This document shows positions 38,017-48,666 of a DNA stretch of 64,000 nt, in pieces. The DNA is taken from positions 1 to 64,000 of IMG/VR virus record IMGVR_UViG_3300037067_022020; one strand, 5' to 3'. Within the stretch, counting starts at the first letter, position 1; every line of letters begins with the position of its first letter. The notes beneath the pieces are model-generated. The model ran no database searches. It saw only the letters and a list, made by a program, of their open reading frames with translations, and was not told where the DNA came from. Source of the DNA: a virus. Its lineage: Duplodnaviria > Caudoviricetes. A program made the translations under genes and the position numbers.

Positions 38017-39508
38017 AATTAGAAACGGATTTCCTGTTTTAGAAAAAAAGGATAGAGAGACATTACTATTATTAGCTGATGATATACAATTTCATTCCGG
38101 AGTTGCGACAATTGCAAGACAAGTAGTATTAGGAACTTGTCATTATTTTAATTGGGTACAACTTGGTGGAGCTATGAAACACCCACATGAAGGAAAAAAA
38201 GTTAATATTGATATTGCTGTAGCAAATGAAATAGGTTTAAAAGATCCATCCGTTGAAATATTTTGTATTTCTGGTTATGGATCCCCTCATTTAGTTAGAG
38301 ATATTTTACATTCTTACGACATTTCTGCGATTTTTCATATTACAGATCCAAGATTTTGGAATTGGTTATATTCAATGAGAGCCGAACTCGAAACAATATG
38401 TCCAGTAATATATCTTGATCTTTGGGATTGCCCCCCCGTTCCTGCTTGGAATGAACCCTTCTACAGGAGTTCAGATTTGCTTTTAAATATAAATAGACAA
38501 ACTCATCAATTTGTAAAGACATTATTAAAAGATAATGTATTTGATTTATATAAATCAGATTATAATAATTCATTACAACAACTCCCGAAACTTATTGACT
38601 ATGTTCCACATGGACAAGATGAAAATACTTTTTTCAAAATTAATAAAACTGATGAAAAAGTAGTTAACTTAAAAAAGGAAATTTTTAATGATAAAGCTGA
38701 TGATATAAAATTTATTTGTTTTTATAATAACAGAAATATTCGTAGAAAAATGCTAATCGATTTAATCATTGCCTATAGAGATTTTTGTTTAGATGATGAA
38801 AAAAAGATTAATTCGACCGCATTAATTTTACATACAGATGCTAAGGATGAAAATGGAACTGATTTATCAGTTGTTATAAATGATCTTGCGAATGAATTAA
38901 ATATTATAATTATTGAAAAGAAAATATCTCCACAAGAGATGAATGTATTATATAATCTTTCAGATGTAACGATTAATATTGGTTCAAATGAAGGATTTGG
39001 GTTATCATCATTAGAATCTATTATGACTGAGACAATGATAATTAATAATACAACAGGTGGACTTCAAGACCAGATGCGATTTGAAGATGAAAATGGAAGG
39101 TGGATAGAATTCACTGAGGAGTTTCCTACTAATCATAATGGAAGATACAAAAAATGTGGTGAATGGGCTATTCCCATATTCCCAAAAACAAGAAGCATAC
39201 AGGGATCAATCCCTACTCCCTATATATTCGACGATCGTTGTGATTGGGAAGATGTGTCAAAAGCAATATTAAAAGTTTATGAAATGTCTCAAGAAGAAAG
39301 AGAAATTCGAGGAAAAAAAGGAAGAGAGTGGGTTCTTAGTAAAGAATCAAGAATGTCGACAACAGAAATGAGCCATCATATAATAATGGATATTAATTTA
39401 TTGCTGGAAAAATGGATTCCGACTCGTACGATTGAAATGATAAATGTGAATAAAGAATTAGAAAAAAAGAAAACTATTAACATGGGGATTTTAAAATCAG
39501 AATTATAA
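37994..39508 (+). CDS. GT-B (GT4-like) glycosyltransferase
   Basis: SGVAT, NNRNIRRK, YNLSDVTIN...NEGFGLSSLES...TGGLQDQ. Confidence 0.88.
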   Translation: MKQLELGEIRNGFPVLEKKDRETLLLLADDIQFHSGVATIARQVVLGTCHYFNWVQLGGAMKHPHEGKKVNIDIAVANEIGLKDPSVEIFCISGYGSPHLVRDILHSYDISAIFHITDPRFWNWLYSMRAELETICPVIYLDLWDCPPVPAWNEPFYRSSDLLLNINRQTHQFVKTLLKDNVFDLYKSDYNNSLQQLPKLIDYVPHGQDENTFFKINKTDEKVVNLKKEIFNDKADDIKFICFYNNRNIRRKMLIDLIIAYRDFCLDDEKKINSTALILHTDAKDENGTDLSVVINDLANELNIIIIEKKISPQEMNVLYNLSDVTINIGSNEGFGLSSLESIMTETMIINNTTGGLQDQMRFEDENGRWIEFTEEFPTNHNGRYKKCGEWAIPIFPKTRSIQGSIPTPYIFDDRCDWEDVSKAILKVYEMSQEEREIRGKKGREWVLSKESRMSTTEMSHHIIMDINLLLEKWIPTRTIEMINVNKELEKKKTINMGILKSEL

Positions 39509-39531
39509 ATTAATTTAAAGTAGATCGAAAA

Positions 39532-39729
39532 ATGACAAATAAAGAAAAAGAAGATTGGGAACGTGTTCAATATAGAATGAATAACGAAGGATTTGATTAC
39601 TGCTTTACTCATTATAGTAATTGGGATGAAATCAAAGATAAAACATTTCATGAATTAAGAATCAATTATTTAAATTCTCAAAAAAAGTTAGAAGAATATA
39701 TAGATAGAATGAATGAAGATGATGAATGA
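39532..39729 (+). CDS. small hypothetical phage protein
   Basis: EGFDYCF..YS.W.EIKD..FH.LR..Y. Confidence 0.6.
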   Translation: MTNKEKEDWERVQYRMNNEGFDYCFTHYSNWDEIKDKTFHELRINYLNSQKKLEEYIDRMNEDDE

Positions 39730-39753
39730 AGAATTAATTTAAAAGAGTTAAAA

Positions 39754-40359
39754 ATGAAATATTTTTTAGACACCGAATTCTTTGAAACAGAATTAAGTAT
39801 TCGGCAAATTGGAGTTATACCAACTATAGATTTAATTAGTATTGGAATTGTTGATGAAGATGGAAGAGAATTTTATAAGTTGAATAATGAGCATAAATTG
39901 GATTACAGTTGGGAGAATGATTGGTTAAAAAAGAATGTATTCAAACAGATTTATAACGAAATTATTCCTAACTTTGATCATGATAAAAATTTCATTTTTG
40001 ATGAAGAAACTTTGAAACTTCTTTTTTCTGTATTTGGAAGTACTAGAAAAGAAATAGTTGAAGAAATTTTATCATTTGTTGGTAAGGATAAAACTCCTAA
40101 ATTCTATGGATATTATGCTGATTATGACTGGGTAGTTTTCGCACAACTTTTCGGCAGAATGACAGATTTACCAAAGGGATGGCCGATGTATTGTGTTGAT
40201 TTAAGACAAATGATGGATCAGAATGGATTAACCAGAAAATGGAAAGAAAAAAATTGTCCCGACCCATTGATGGAACATTCGGCTCTTGAAGATGCGAGAT
40301 GGAATAGAGAGTTATACAACCAAATATGTATATTTAACGATCGCAATAATGTCAATTAA
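39754..40359 (+). CDS. DEDDh 3'-5' exonuclease (Rv2179c/RNase AS-like)
   Basis: FLDTEF, LISIG, YYADYDWV...LFG.M..LP.G.PM, HSALEDARW. Confidence 0.88.
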   Translation: MKYFLDTEFFETELSIRQIGVIPTIDLISIGIVDEDGREFYKLNNEHKLDYSWENDWLKKNVFKQIYNEIIPNFDHDKNFIFDEETLKLLFSVFGSTRKEIVEEILSFVGKDKTPKFYGYYADYDWVVFAQLFGRMTDLPKGWPMYCVDLRQMMDQNGLTRKWKEKNCPDPLMEHSALEDARWNRELYNQICIFNDRNNVN

Positions 40360-40864
40360 AGTATCACAATTGTTAACTACAAATGAAATTCATCTTCTTA
40401 ATGAAATTGGGGAAGCTAATGCTAAACAATTTCCTTGGCAGAAAAAATTTTATCAAATTAATGATATAGGATATTTTACAATATTTTTAGCCCCAATTAA
40501 TGATAAAGAAAAAATTCCTGAAGTTCAAATTGAATTCTTTCGATTACAAGAAAATGAATATTCAGTTGGTTATTCAGTAAACAACGAAGAACTTCAAGCA
40601 TTTAAAGCATCAATGACGTATTATTTGCGATTAATAGCTACTATAGTAACAATCATTAAAGATTTTATTAAGAAATATAATCCAAAAGTACTTGAGATCA
40701 AAGGGGTAGATAAAAAAAACATAATTATTCCGGGTCAAAAAAACCGAATTTATTTTGCATATATTGAAAAACAAGTTTCTTCACTCGGATCAAATTGGGA
40801 ATCAGCGAGGAGTGACAATAAATTAATATTGATACAAAGAAATTTTGAAAAATTAGAAAACTAA
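40349..40864 (+). CDS. hypothetical protein with KVSQLL...LLNEIGE leader
   Basis: ATG at 40349; C-terminal pattern shared with 18819 and 12900. Confidence 0.6.
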   Translation: MSIKVSQLLTTNEIHLLNEIGEANAKQFPWQKKFYQINDIGYFTIFLAPINDKEKIPEVQIEFFRLQENEYSVGYSVNNEELQAFKASMTYYLRLIATIVTIIKDFIKKYNPKVLEIKGVDKKNIIIPGQKNRIYFAYIEKQVSSLGSNWESARSDNKLILIQRNFEKLEN

Positions 40865-40867
40865 AAT

Positions 40868-42259
40868 ATGAATAAAAAAACATGCATCTTTCAAGCACCC
40901 ATAGATACATTCTCGGGATATGGAAACCATTCTCGAGATTTGTGTAAATCATTATTCAAGATCCTTCCAGAATCAGAATATGAAATCGTAATAATTCCAA
41001 CAATGTGGGGGAATACTGCTTGGGGAGCATTAAATAAAAATAAACCAGATGAATTACAAATATTAACTCATTTTATTAAAGAACCACAAGTTAAGCAACA
41101 ACCTGATTTATTTATTCAAATAACCATCCCATCAGAATTTCAACCAATAGGAAAGTATTCGATTGGTATTACCGCTGGAACTGAAACAAGTCTTGCTTCA
41201 ATTGAATTTGTTACCGGATGTGACCAAATGGATCTTAATATTGTACCATCACAATTTACTAAACAGGTATTAGGGAGTACTCGTTGGACTAAAAAAAATA
41301 CGCAAACAGGTCAAATAGAGGGTGAATTATTTTGTAAAAAACCTATTGAGGTTTTATTTGAAGGATTAAATACTGAAATTTATACGAAAACAACTGAAAT
41401 TAATCCTGTAATTAAATCTCTTTTAGATCCTATTCCGGAAGATTTTTTGTTTTTGACTGTGGGTCATTGGTTGAAAGGTGACCTTGGACAAGATAGAAAA
41501 GATATTGGGAATGTTATTAAAGTATTTTATGAAGTATTTAAGAATAGATCTAAACAACCTGGATTACTTTTGAAATTAGGAACAAATTGTGAAGTAGATA
41601 AAGACTTTACTTTAAAAAGAATCAAAGAAATAAAAAAATTATTTAATAAAAAAGATAATCTTCCCCAAGTATATTTATTAAATGGTAATCTTTTAGATGA
41701 TGAAATGAATAGTTTATATAATCATCCAAAGATTAAATCAATGGTAAGTTTTACTCATGGTGAAGGATTCGGGCGACCATTATTAGAATTTTCTGTAACT
41801 GGGAAACCTATATTAGTTTCTGATTGGAGTGGTCAAAAAGACTTTCTTCCAAATGGAAATGCTATTTTATTAAAAGGAAAATTAGAAAAAATTCATCCCT
41901 CTGCGGTCTGGGATACAATTTTAATAAAAGAATCAAGTTGGTTTAGAGTTGATTATGAATATGCTGGGGTGAAAATGGATTATGTTTATAATAATTTAGG
42001 AAAATGTATTGAGATGGGGAGAAAGCAAACCAACAATGCTAAAAATTTTACTTTGGAAAAAATGACCGAGAAATTTGAAAATATCATAAAAAATTATTAT
42101 ATTAATAAACAGATAGCGGAGACTGATTTATTTATCCCACAACTACCAAAATTAACTAAGTTAAATAAAACAATGGATCAACTAATTAATGAAAATGATG
42201 AGATTAAATCAAATATCGATATAACTAAGATAGAAGGATTTGAAGATGTAAAAATATAA
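40868..42259 (+). CDS. GT-B (GT4-like) glycosyltransferase
   Basis: SGYG.HSR, VGHW...DRKD, SFTHGEGFGRPLLEF..TGKPI..S.WSG..DF. Confidence 0.88.
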   Translation: MNKKTCIFQAPIDTFSGYGNHSRDLCKSLFKILPESEYEIVIIPTMWGNTAWGALNKNKPDELQILTHFIKEPQVKQQPDLFIQITIPSEFQPIGKYSIGITAGTETSLASIEFVTGCDQMDLNIVPSQFTKQVLGSTRWTKKNTQTGQIEGELFCKKPIEVLFEGLNTEIYTKTTEINPVIKSLLDPIPEDFLFLTVGHWLKGDLGQDRKDIGNVIKVFYEVFKNRSKQPGLLLKLGTNCEVDKDFTLKRIKEIKKLFNKKDNLPQVYLLNGNLLDDEMNSLYNHPKIKSMVSFTHGEGFGRPLLEFSVTGKPILVSDWSGQKDFLPNGNAILLKGKLEKIHPSAVWDTILIKESSWFRVDYEYAGVKMDYVYNNLGKCIEMGRKQTNNAKNFTLEKMTEKFENIIKNYYINKQIAETDLFIPQLPKLTKLNKTMDQLINENDEIKSNIDITKIEGFEDVKI

Positions 42260-42292
42260 CTCAAAAAGAAATAACTAAAAAAAATATAAAAA

Positions 42293-42766
42293 ATGGATGA
42301 AAAAGTAATAGTCTGCCCTAATTGTGATGGTGTAAATATTGAAACAAAAAAGATTTTGACGGCAACTGGGGAGATAAATAGATATATATGTATAATGTGC
42401 GGATATTATACACAAGATGATTTTGTCTATGAAAATAAAAAAACTATTGATGAATGTCTTCCAAGATTATATAGAGATTTATGTAAATTAAGTAAAGAAA
42501 CAGAATTATTTTGGTACCCAATAATAATGGATTATTCTAATTTAGTAATATTATTTCCTGATGGAACTAATGTTGATGATTGGCAATGGTGTGTAGCACC
42601 TTATGAAGTAATTCCAAAAGAAGAAAGATCAAAATATCCAATACAAGGAAAAGCCAATGAATACCATTCACATAGAGTATCATTAAAGCATTCCCAACAT
42701 TATAATAAAGATAATTTTATTTCGGCGATGACATTTTTAAATTTTTTACTTAAAGACACAAATTGA
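42293..42766 (+). CDS. zinc-ribbon-containing hypothetical protein
   Basis: CPNC...CIMCGY; W.P; FPDGT. Confidence 0.6.
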   Translation: MDEKVIVCPNCDGVNIETKKILTATGEINRYICIMCGYYTQDDFVYENKKTIDECLPRLYRDLCKLSKETELFWYPIIMDYSNLVILFPDGTNVDDWQWCVAPYEVIPKEERSKYPIQGKANEYHSHRVSLKHSQHYNKDNFISAMTFLNFLLKDTN

Positions 42767-42767
42767 T

Positions 42768-43160
42768 ATGAAAAAAGTATTTTTGGGCGGAACTTGTAAT
42801 AAAAGTAATTGGAGAGATAAATTAATCCCAATGCTGAAGATAAATTATTTTAATCCAGTAGTAGATAATCGAGATGATGAAGCAGCAAAAATAGAATTAC
42901 AAGAAAGAAAAAATTGTGATTATGTTCTATATGTTATAACTCCCAAAATGACTGGGGTTTATAGCATAGCAGAAGTGGTAGATGATAGTAATAAACAGCC
43001 AGAAAAAACAATTCTTTGTATTCTCGGAAAAGATAGCGAGTTAACCTTTTCCGAAAGTCAACTAAAATCTCTAAAAGCAGTAATAAAAATGGTCACTTTA
43101 AATGGTGCAAAATATTGCAGTTCATTAAAAAATGTTGCAAATTATTTAAATGCAAATTGA
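42768..43160 (+). CDS. nucleoside 2-deoxyribosyltransferase-like protein
   Basis: KVFLGGTC..S.WR, YFNPVV, E, YVITP.M.GVYSIAEVVD. Confidence 0.8.
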   Translation: MKKVFLGGTCNKSNWRDKLIPMLKINYFNPVVDNRDDEAAKIELQERKNCDYVLYVITPKMTGVYSIAEVVDDSNKQPEKTILCILGKDSELTFSESQLKSLKAVIKMVTLNGAKYCSSLKNVANYLNAN

Positions 43161-43413
43161 TATGACTGACGAAATTTTCAATAAAATCCTTCTATTATTA
43201 GATGAATTTCAATTTAAAATAAGTTCATATTCTACTCCTACTGAAGTAGTTTTTCATGGACCATATGGGTATGAAGTTTATATTGATAAAGAATGGGGAA
43301 TTTCAATTTTAGATGAAGTTAATGAAACCGAATCAATTTATCAATTACCTGAGTTTACTTATGATCAAATTAAAAGAAGATTAGAACAAATTCCAAAAGA
43401 AAGATTTAAATAG
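43150..43413 (+). CDS. hypothetical protein
   Basis: overlapping ORF in the run. Confidence 0.5.
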   Translation: MQIDMTDEIFNKILLLLDEFQFKISSYSTPTEVVFHGPYGYEVYIDKEWGISILDEVNETESIYQLPEFTYDQIKRRLEQIPKERFK

Positions 43414-43432
43414 TTACTAAAAATATATACTT

Positions 43433-44068
43433 ATGAAAACAATATCTTATGCAATTACTGTATGTGACGAGCACGTCGAGCTAGAAATGCTATTAGGTCA
43501 ACTTAACATTTCAATAGCAAATAAGGAACAATGTGAAGTTATTATTTTAAAAGATATAGGGAAAACATCCGAACATATTACAAGAGTTATTAATAAATAT
43601 GTAGATAAATTACCGATTAAAGTTTTTGAAAGAAAATTTGATAATGACTTTTCCGAACATAAAAATTTTTTATTTTCAAATTGTACAAAAGATTATATTT
43701 TTAATATCGACGCCGATGAAATTCCAAGCTCGATTTTAATTAAACAACTTCAAGCACAATTAGAATTAAATAATTATCCAGATTTAATGTTAGTTGCGAG
43801 AATTAATATAGTAAAAGGATTAACTCAACAATTATTAAAAAAATGGAATTGGCATATTGATGATAAAGGAATGATAAATTTTCCAGATTGGCAGGGGAGA
43901 ATCATAAGAAATTCTCCCGATATTAAATGGATTGGAAAAGTACATGAAAGAATTGATGGGGCAAAAATTGTGAAATATCTTCCACAAGATGAAAAAATGG
44001 CTTTTCTTCATGTAAAGGAAATAGCACGACAAATTCAGCAAAATAATTTTTATGAAACTTTAATATAG
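43433..44068 (+). CDS. GT2 glycosyltransferase
   Basis: ISYAITVCDE, DFSEHKN, YIFNIDADE, PD.Q.R, W.GKVHE. Confidence 0.88.
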   Translation: MKTISYAITVCDEHVELEMLLGQLNISIANKEQCEVIILKDIGKTSEHITRVINKYVDKLPIKVFERKFDNDFSEHKNFLFSNCTKDYIFNIDADEIPSSILIKQLQAQLELNNYPDLMLVARINIVKGLTQQLLKKWNWHIDDKGMINFPDWQGRIIRNSPDIKWIGKVHERIDGAKIVKYLPQDEKMAFLHVKEIARQIQQNNFYETLI

Positions 44069-44073
44069 TCATT

Positions 44074-45045
44074 ATGAGAGACAGAAAAAATACAGAAATG
44101 CCTGAAGAAGCTTGTAAATCTTCAGGGGAATATCATAACATAGATGAAAATACAAATAATTTCTCAGAATATATTATTGGTGCTAATAATACATTTATCC
44201 CAACCCCCAAGATAAAAATAACAAAAAAGTTACCTCCTGGATATTATCATATTCAATATAATTCTAAATATGAGGTGTATACATTTGTTAAAGACAAAAT
44301 TATCACCGATGAATTAATTTTGCTTCCAAATAATATTTTTAATGAAATTTTAAATGATATCGATTTCTTTTTCAAAAATAAACACAAATTTGACGAATAT
44401 AAATATGTTTATAAAAGAGGAATTCTTTTATATGGTGAACCAGGCTGCGGAAAAACTTGTCTGACTCAACTTTTGATCCACAAAACAATAAAAAACAATG
44501 GAGTTGTTTTTGGGATTAAAAATTCAGATGATTTATCAATGTTTGGTCGGGGTATATCGGAATATTTAAAAAACATTGAACCAGAAACATTAATTTTAGT
44601 GATTATAGAAGATGTTGACGGATTAGTGGTCAATAATGAATCCGAAACTTATTTACTTAATCTTCTTGATGGGGCAAATCAAATGTCTCATTGTGTATAT
44701 ATTGGTTGCACGAATTATCCTGAAAAATTAAAGGAACGAGTATTAAATCGACCATCAAGATTTGATAAACGATATCATATCGGACTTCCGAATAAAGAAA
44801 TTCGTTTAGCATATTTATCATATAAAATATCTGAGGAGGATAAAAGGAAACTCAATTTGAATGAATTAGCAGAAAAGACAGAAGGATTATCATTAGCACA
44901 TTTAGGAGAATTTATCAAATCAGTATTTATTTTTGGTAAAGATATTCAAACAAGTATTGGGGAATTAAAAGATATGCGTGAATATCTCAGCAGTACAAAA
45001 TTTTCAGACACAAATAAAATAGGATTCGGTAAAAACGAGAAATGA
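44074..45045 (+). CDS. AAA+ ATPase
   Basis: RGILLYGEPGCGKT, IIEDVD, LLNLLDG, TNYPE, RPSRFD. Confidence 0.93.
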   Translation: MRDRKNTEMPEEACKSSGEYHNIDENTNNFSEYIIGANNTFIPTPKIKITKKLPPGYYHIQYNSKYEVYTFVKDKIITDELILLPNNIFNEILNDIDFFFKNKHKFDEYKYVYKRGILLYGEPGCGKTCLTQLLIHKTIKNNGVVFGIKNSDDLSMFGRGISEYLKNIEPETLILVIIEDVDGLVVNNESETYLLNLLDGANQMSHCVYIGCTNYPEKLKERVLNRPSRFDKRYHIGLPNKEIRLAYLSYKISEEDKRKLNLNELAEKTEGLSLAHLGEFIKSVFIFGKDIQTSIGELKDMREYLSSTKFSDTNKIGFGKNEK

Positions 45046-46358
45046 ATTCGACATTGATACAAAATAATCATAGACTTTCTTGTAGATCTTGTTCTTCTGA
45101 AAACCTTCGTTTAATCTGGGATTTGGGATACCAACCTTGGGGAAATAATATATTAACTAATGAACAAATAAGAACAGAATCTTATTATCCATTAAGACTC
45201 TTTTATTGTAATGATTGTACTCTTTTACAACTTGATCATACAGTCCCAAAAGAAACAATGTTTTTAAATCACTGCTATTTATCAGGTACTACAGAAACAT
45301 TACAAAATCATTTTTATGAATTAGCAAAAGAAAATATTAAACAATTCAATTTAAATAAAGATGATTTAATTGTTGATATTGGGGGGAATGATGGAACGCA
45401 ATTATTACAATATAAAAAATTGGGATATAAAAAGGTAATAAATATTGAACCATCTTATGAAGTTGTTAAAATTGCTACAAAAAATAAAATCAATACCTAT
45501 CGTCAGTTTTTCAATAAAGAATTTATAGATTGTCAAAATACTTGGAGGTTATTTCAAATAGGCAATGAATGGGAAGAAAGTTTAACAAATAATTTATTAT
45601 TTTCTGAAAAAGCAAAATTAATAAATGCTTCAGGAGTATTTTTTCATTTAGAAGAACTTCATAGTGTACTACAAGGAATTAAAAAAATATTAGATAATGA
45701 TGGTGTTTTAATTATTCAATTTATGTATGCTGGAATGATAATCGATAAATTATCATTTGATATGATTTATCATGAACATCTTTGTTATTATACATTAAAA
45801 AGCCTAATTAATTTATTACGACAATATGATTTAGAAATTTTCGACGCATATTTTTCTGAAATTCATAATGGTAGTATAATTGCTAAAGTATCACATTCAA
45901 ATAACTCGCTAACAAATTCAAAAACCGAAAGATATCAAAAAACTTATTTAAAAGATAATGATTATGAAATATCAGAATTTGAAAAAGCATTTAAAAAGAT
46001 TGATAAACATCTGACGAAATTGAACAATTTATTATATTCTTTATCAGATGAAGGTAAAACAATTTATGCTTTGGGCGCTCCTGTTAAAGGAAATACATTA
46101 CTAAATACTATGAATATTGGGTCAAATGTAATTCAAAAAGCATTTGAAAAAAATAAATTAAAATGTGGGCATTTTATGCCAGAATCATATATTCCAATTG
46201 TAGAACAAAACAAAAATGATATACCTGATTATTTCTTATTATTGGCCTACAACTTTGAAAAAGAAATACTCAATGACTTTAAAGAAGAAATTAATTCAAA
46301 TAAAGTTAAAATTATCATACCCTTTCCAAAAATTAGAATTCTTGACCATATCAATTAA
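45042..46358 (+). CDS. NDP-sugar C-methyltransferase (zinc-binding N-terminus, C-methyltransferase C-terminus)
   Basis: CRSC, DLG.QP..N, YPL....C..C.L.QL, DIGGNDG, IYHEHL.YY, GAP.KGNTLLN. Confidence 0.9.
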   Translation: MNSTLIQNNHRLSCRSCSSENLRLIWDLGYQPWGNNILTNEQIRTESYYPLRLFYCNDCTLLQLDHTVPKETMFLNHCYLSGTTETLQNHFYELAKENIKQFNLNKDDLIVDIGGNDGTQLLQYKKLGYKKVINIEPSYEVVKIATKNKINTYRQFFNKEFIDCQNTWRLFQIGNEWEESLTNNLLFSEKAKLINASGVFFHLEELHSVLQGIKKILDNDGVLIIQFMYAGMIIDKLSFDMIYHEHLCYYTLKSLINLLRQYDLEIFDAYFSEIHNGSIIAKVSHSNNSLTNSKTERYQKTYLKDNDYEISEFEKAFKKIDKHLTKLNNLLYSLSDEGKTIYALGAPVKGNTLLNTMNIGSNVIQKAFEKNKLKCGHFMPESYIPIVEQNKNDIPDYFLLLAYNFEKEILNDFKEEINSNKVKIIIPFPKIRILDHIN

Positions 46359-46367
46359 AAAAAATAA

Positions 46368-47204
46368 ATGAAAATAGAATTTTTTAATAATTTTAATAAT
46401 GGAGATATTCATGTTTCAAGAGAATTTATAAAAGATATAATTAAAAAGACAAATTCATCTAATGTTGATTATTTTCATAAAAATTCAGAAAGAATTTTAT
46501 TAGATATCCCAGAAATAAAAACTCAACCCAAAATAAATAATATTGATGACCATATTTCCTATTATAAATATTACGACAGGCATCCTGAAGTGTTTTTAAT
46601 TAATACCTGGTATAATTCCCAACCAGAAAATTACAAAAAATATAGTTGTACCTTAAAAACACTTTATGAAAATTTCAAATTAATTTATTCGGAATTGAAG
46701 ATATCTATAGAAACAGAAGATTTTTATATTCCGTTTATTGATTTTTCTAAATATCAATTACCACAATTATTAGAAACCAATCAATTTGAAAAAAGAATAT
46801 TTATTTCTAATTGTGAAGCAATTTCTGGGCAGTCGCCACAAATTTATTGGGATGAATTAATTTTTGATTTAACTATTAAATTTCCCAATTATCTTTTCTT
46901 TATAACTAATCCAAGTTTTGTTAAAAGAAATAATTGTATACACATAAATAAAATTTTAAATGAACAATTAGATAATAACTTATGCGAAAATGCCTATATA
47001 AGTACAATATGTGATGTTATAATTGGAAATAATAGTGGTCCACATACATTTTCATTTATTAAAGAAAATATTTTGGGGGATAAAAAACAAATAAACATTA
47101 TGTGCTCATATTATCCAATATTTACTGAGTTATATAATAAAGAACATAAAACATTTATTTCTCTAAAAAACATTAATAGTGTTGAAATTATGAAATTTTT
47201 ATGA
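46368..47204 (+). CDS. putative glycosyltransferase (GT9/GT-B-like)
   Basis: GDIH.SR, CDVIIG..SGP. Confidence 0.5.
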   Translation: MKIEFFNNFNNGDIHVSREFIKDIIKKTNSSNVDYFHKNSERILLDIPEIKTQPKINNIDDHISYYKYYDRHPEVFLINTWYNSQPENYKKYSCTLKTLYENFKLIYSELKISIETEDFYIPFIDFSKYQLPQLLETNQFEKRIFISNCEAISGQSPQIYWDELIFDLTIKFPNYLFFITNPSFVKRNNCIHINKILNEQLDNNLCENAYISTICDVIIGNNSGPHTFSFIKENILGDKKQINIMCSYYPIFTELYNKEHKTFISLKNINSVEIMKFL

Positions 47205-47968
47205 ATGATACTATCAAATATATAGCCAGTGGATTTTTGGGTGATTTCATTTATCAGTTATCAGTAGTAAATGAAAACTATTTAACAACAGGTAAAAAAG
47301 GAGTAATTTTTCTTGCTGATAAATCGTTTTCTCCAAATATGGAAGGATGGAAATTTGGAATAGAACAAGCTTATGATGATTTAAGAAATATAATTTCGGC
47401 GCAAAATTACATAGAAGAATTTAAAATCTATAATAAAGAATGGTTTTATAGTTATATTAATTTGAGTAAATGGAGACAAAATTCTCTTTTATTTAAAATG
47501 GATTTTAGTGATCTATGTAAGAATGAATATAATGTAAACTGGGGAGAACATATTTGGTTAACATTGCCAATAAACAAAAAATATTCCGATAATATTTTTA
47601 TTTCATCGGTTGATACACCAAGATTAAATCCTCTTTTTAATTATAATAGTTTAAAAAAATACAATAAAGATATTTACTTTATTTCAAATTCAAAAGGAGA
47701 ATATGAAAATTTTTGTGAAGTTACTGGATGTAATTTTGAATTAATTTTCTTTGATACATTATATGAATATTGGTCAGCTATAAATAGTTGTTATCTATTT
47801 GTTTCTTCATTTGGATCATTTTTATGTGCTGCACATGCAATGCATAAAAACAATATAGCTCTCTTACCATATTCAAATGCTGATATAATGGTTAAGAAAG
47901 ATTTTATTAATACATATTGGTTTAAAAATTATAATGAATGTAATCTACCAGATATTTTAAAGATATGA
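47201..47968 (+). CDS. putative glycosyltransferase (GT9/GT-B-like)
   Basis: SG.LGDFI..L, INSC.LFV...S....AHA. Confidence 0.5.
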   Translation: MNDTIKYIASGFLGDFIYQLSVVNENYLTTGKKGVIFLADKSFSPNMEGWKFGIEQAYDDLRNIISAQNYIEEFKIYNKEWFYSYINLSKWRQNSLLFKMDFSDLCKNEYNVNWGEHIWLTLPINKKYSDNIFISSVDTPRLNPLFNYNSLKKYNKDIYFISNSKGEYENFCEVTGCNFELIFFDTLYEYWSAINSCYLFVSSFGSFLCAAHAMHKNNIALLPYSNADIMVKKDFINTYWFKNYNECNLPDILKI

Positions 47969-48666
47969 AAATAGTTATTATTGGAACAGGCGGATTAGCA
48001 AAAGAAATGAGATATCTTTTGAAAGAAATAATAAATTCTTGTTTTGACTCAAAGGATCAATCTTCCAACTCAGAATATTTAAAAACTATATTTAATTTTT
48101 TAGGCTATATTGATATTGACACAACAAAACAAATTCATGGAGAAAAAGTTATAGGAGATGATGATTGGTTAATATCTTCGGATTCTTCAATAGGAGTAAT
48201 GTTTGGAATTGGCAATCCTTTAATTGTTAAAAGATTATCTGAAAAATATAAGCAAAATAAAAATCTATTTTTTCCAAATTTTATTCATCCGAAGGTTATA
48301 GGAAATTTTTCTAGTATTAGAATGGGTGAAGGAAATATTATTACTGCGGGGTGTATTCTTTCGACAGATATTTCAATTGGAAATTTTAACATTTTTAATG
48401 TACATTCAACAATAGGGCATGATTCTATAATAGGCAATTGTAATTTAATTAATCCAACAGTTAATATTTCTGGATATGTAACTGTGGGGGATGGATGTTT
48501 TTTTGGTGTCGGTTGCCAGATTTTAGAGAGATTACAAATAGCTAATAATACAATTATAGGAGGGGGAGCTGTTTTGACTAAATCGATCAACATCCCAAAT
48601 AGTACTTATGTTGGAATTCCGGCTAAGCAAATAAAACAAGATGGATTTCGAATTAAAAATAATTAA
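47965..48666 (+). CDS. sugar O/N-acyltransferase (NeuD/PglD-like)
   Basis: IIGTGG.AKE, GIGNP, hexapeptide repeats, IGHD, GIPAK. Confidence 0.92.
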   Translation: MKIVIIGTGGLAKEMRYLLKEIINSCFDSKDQSSNSEYLKTIFNFLGYIDIDTTKQIHGEKVIGDDDWLISSDSSIGVMFGIGNPLIVKRLSEKYKQNKNLFFPNFIHPKVIGNFSSIRMGEGNIITAGCILSTDISIGNFNIFNVHSTIGHDSIIGNCNLINPTVNISGYVTVGDGCFFGVGCQILERLQIANNTIIGGGAVLTKSINIPNSTYVGIPAKQIKQDGFRIKNN

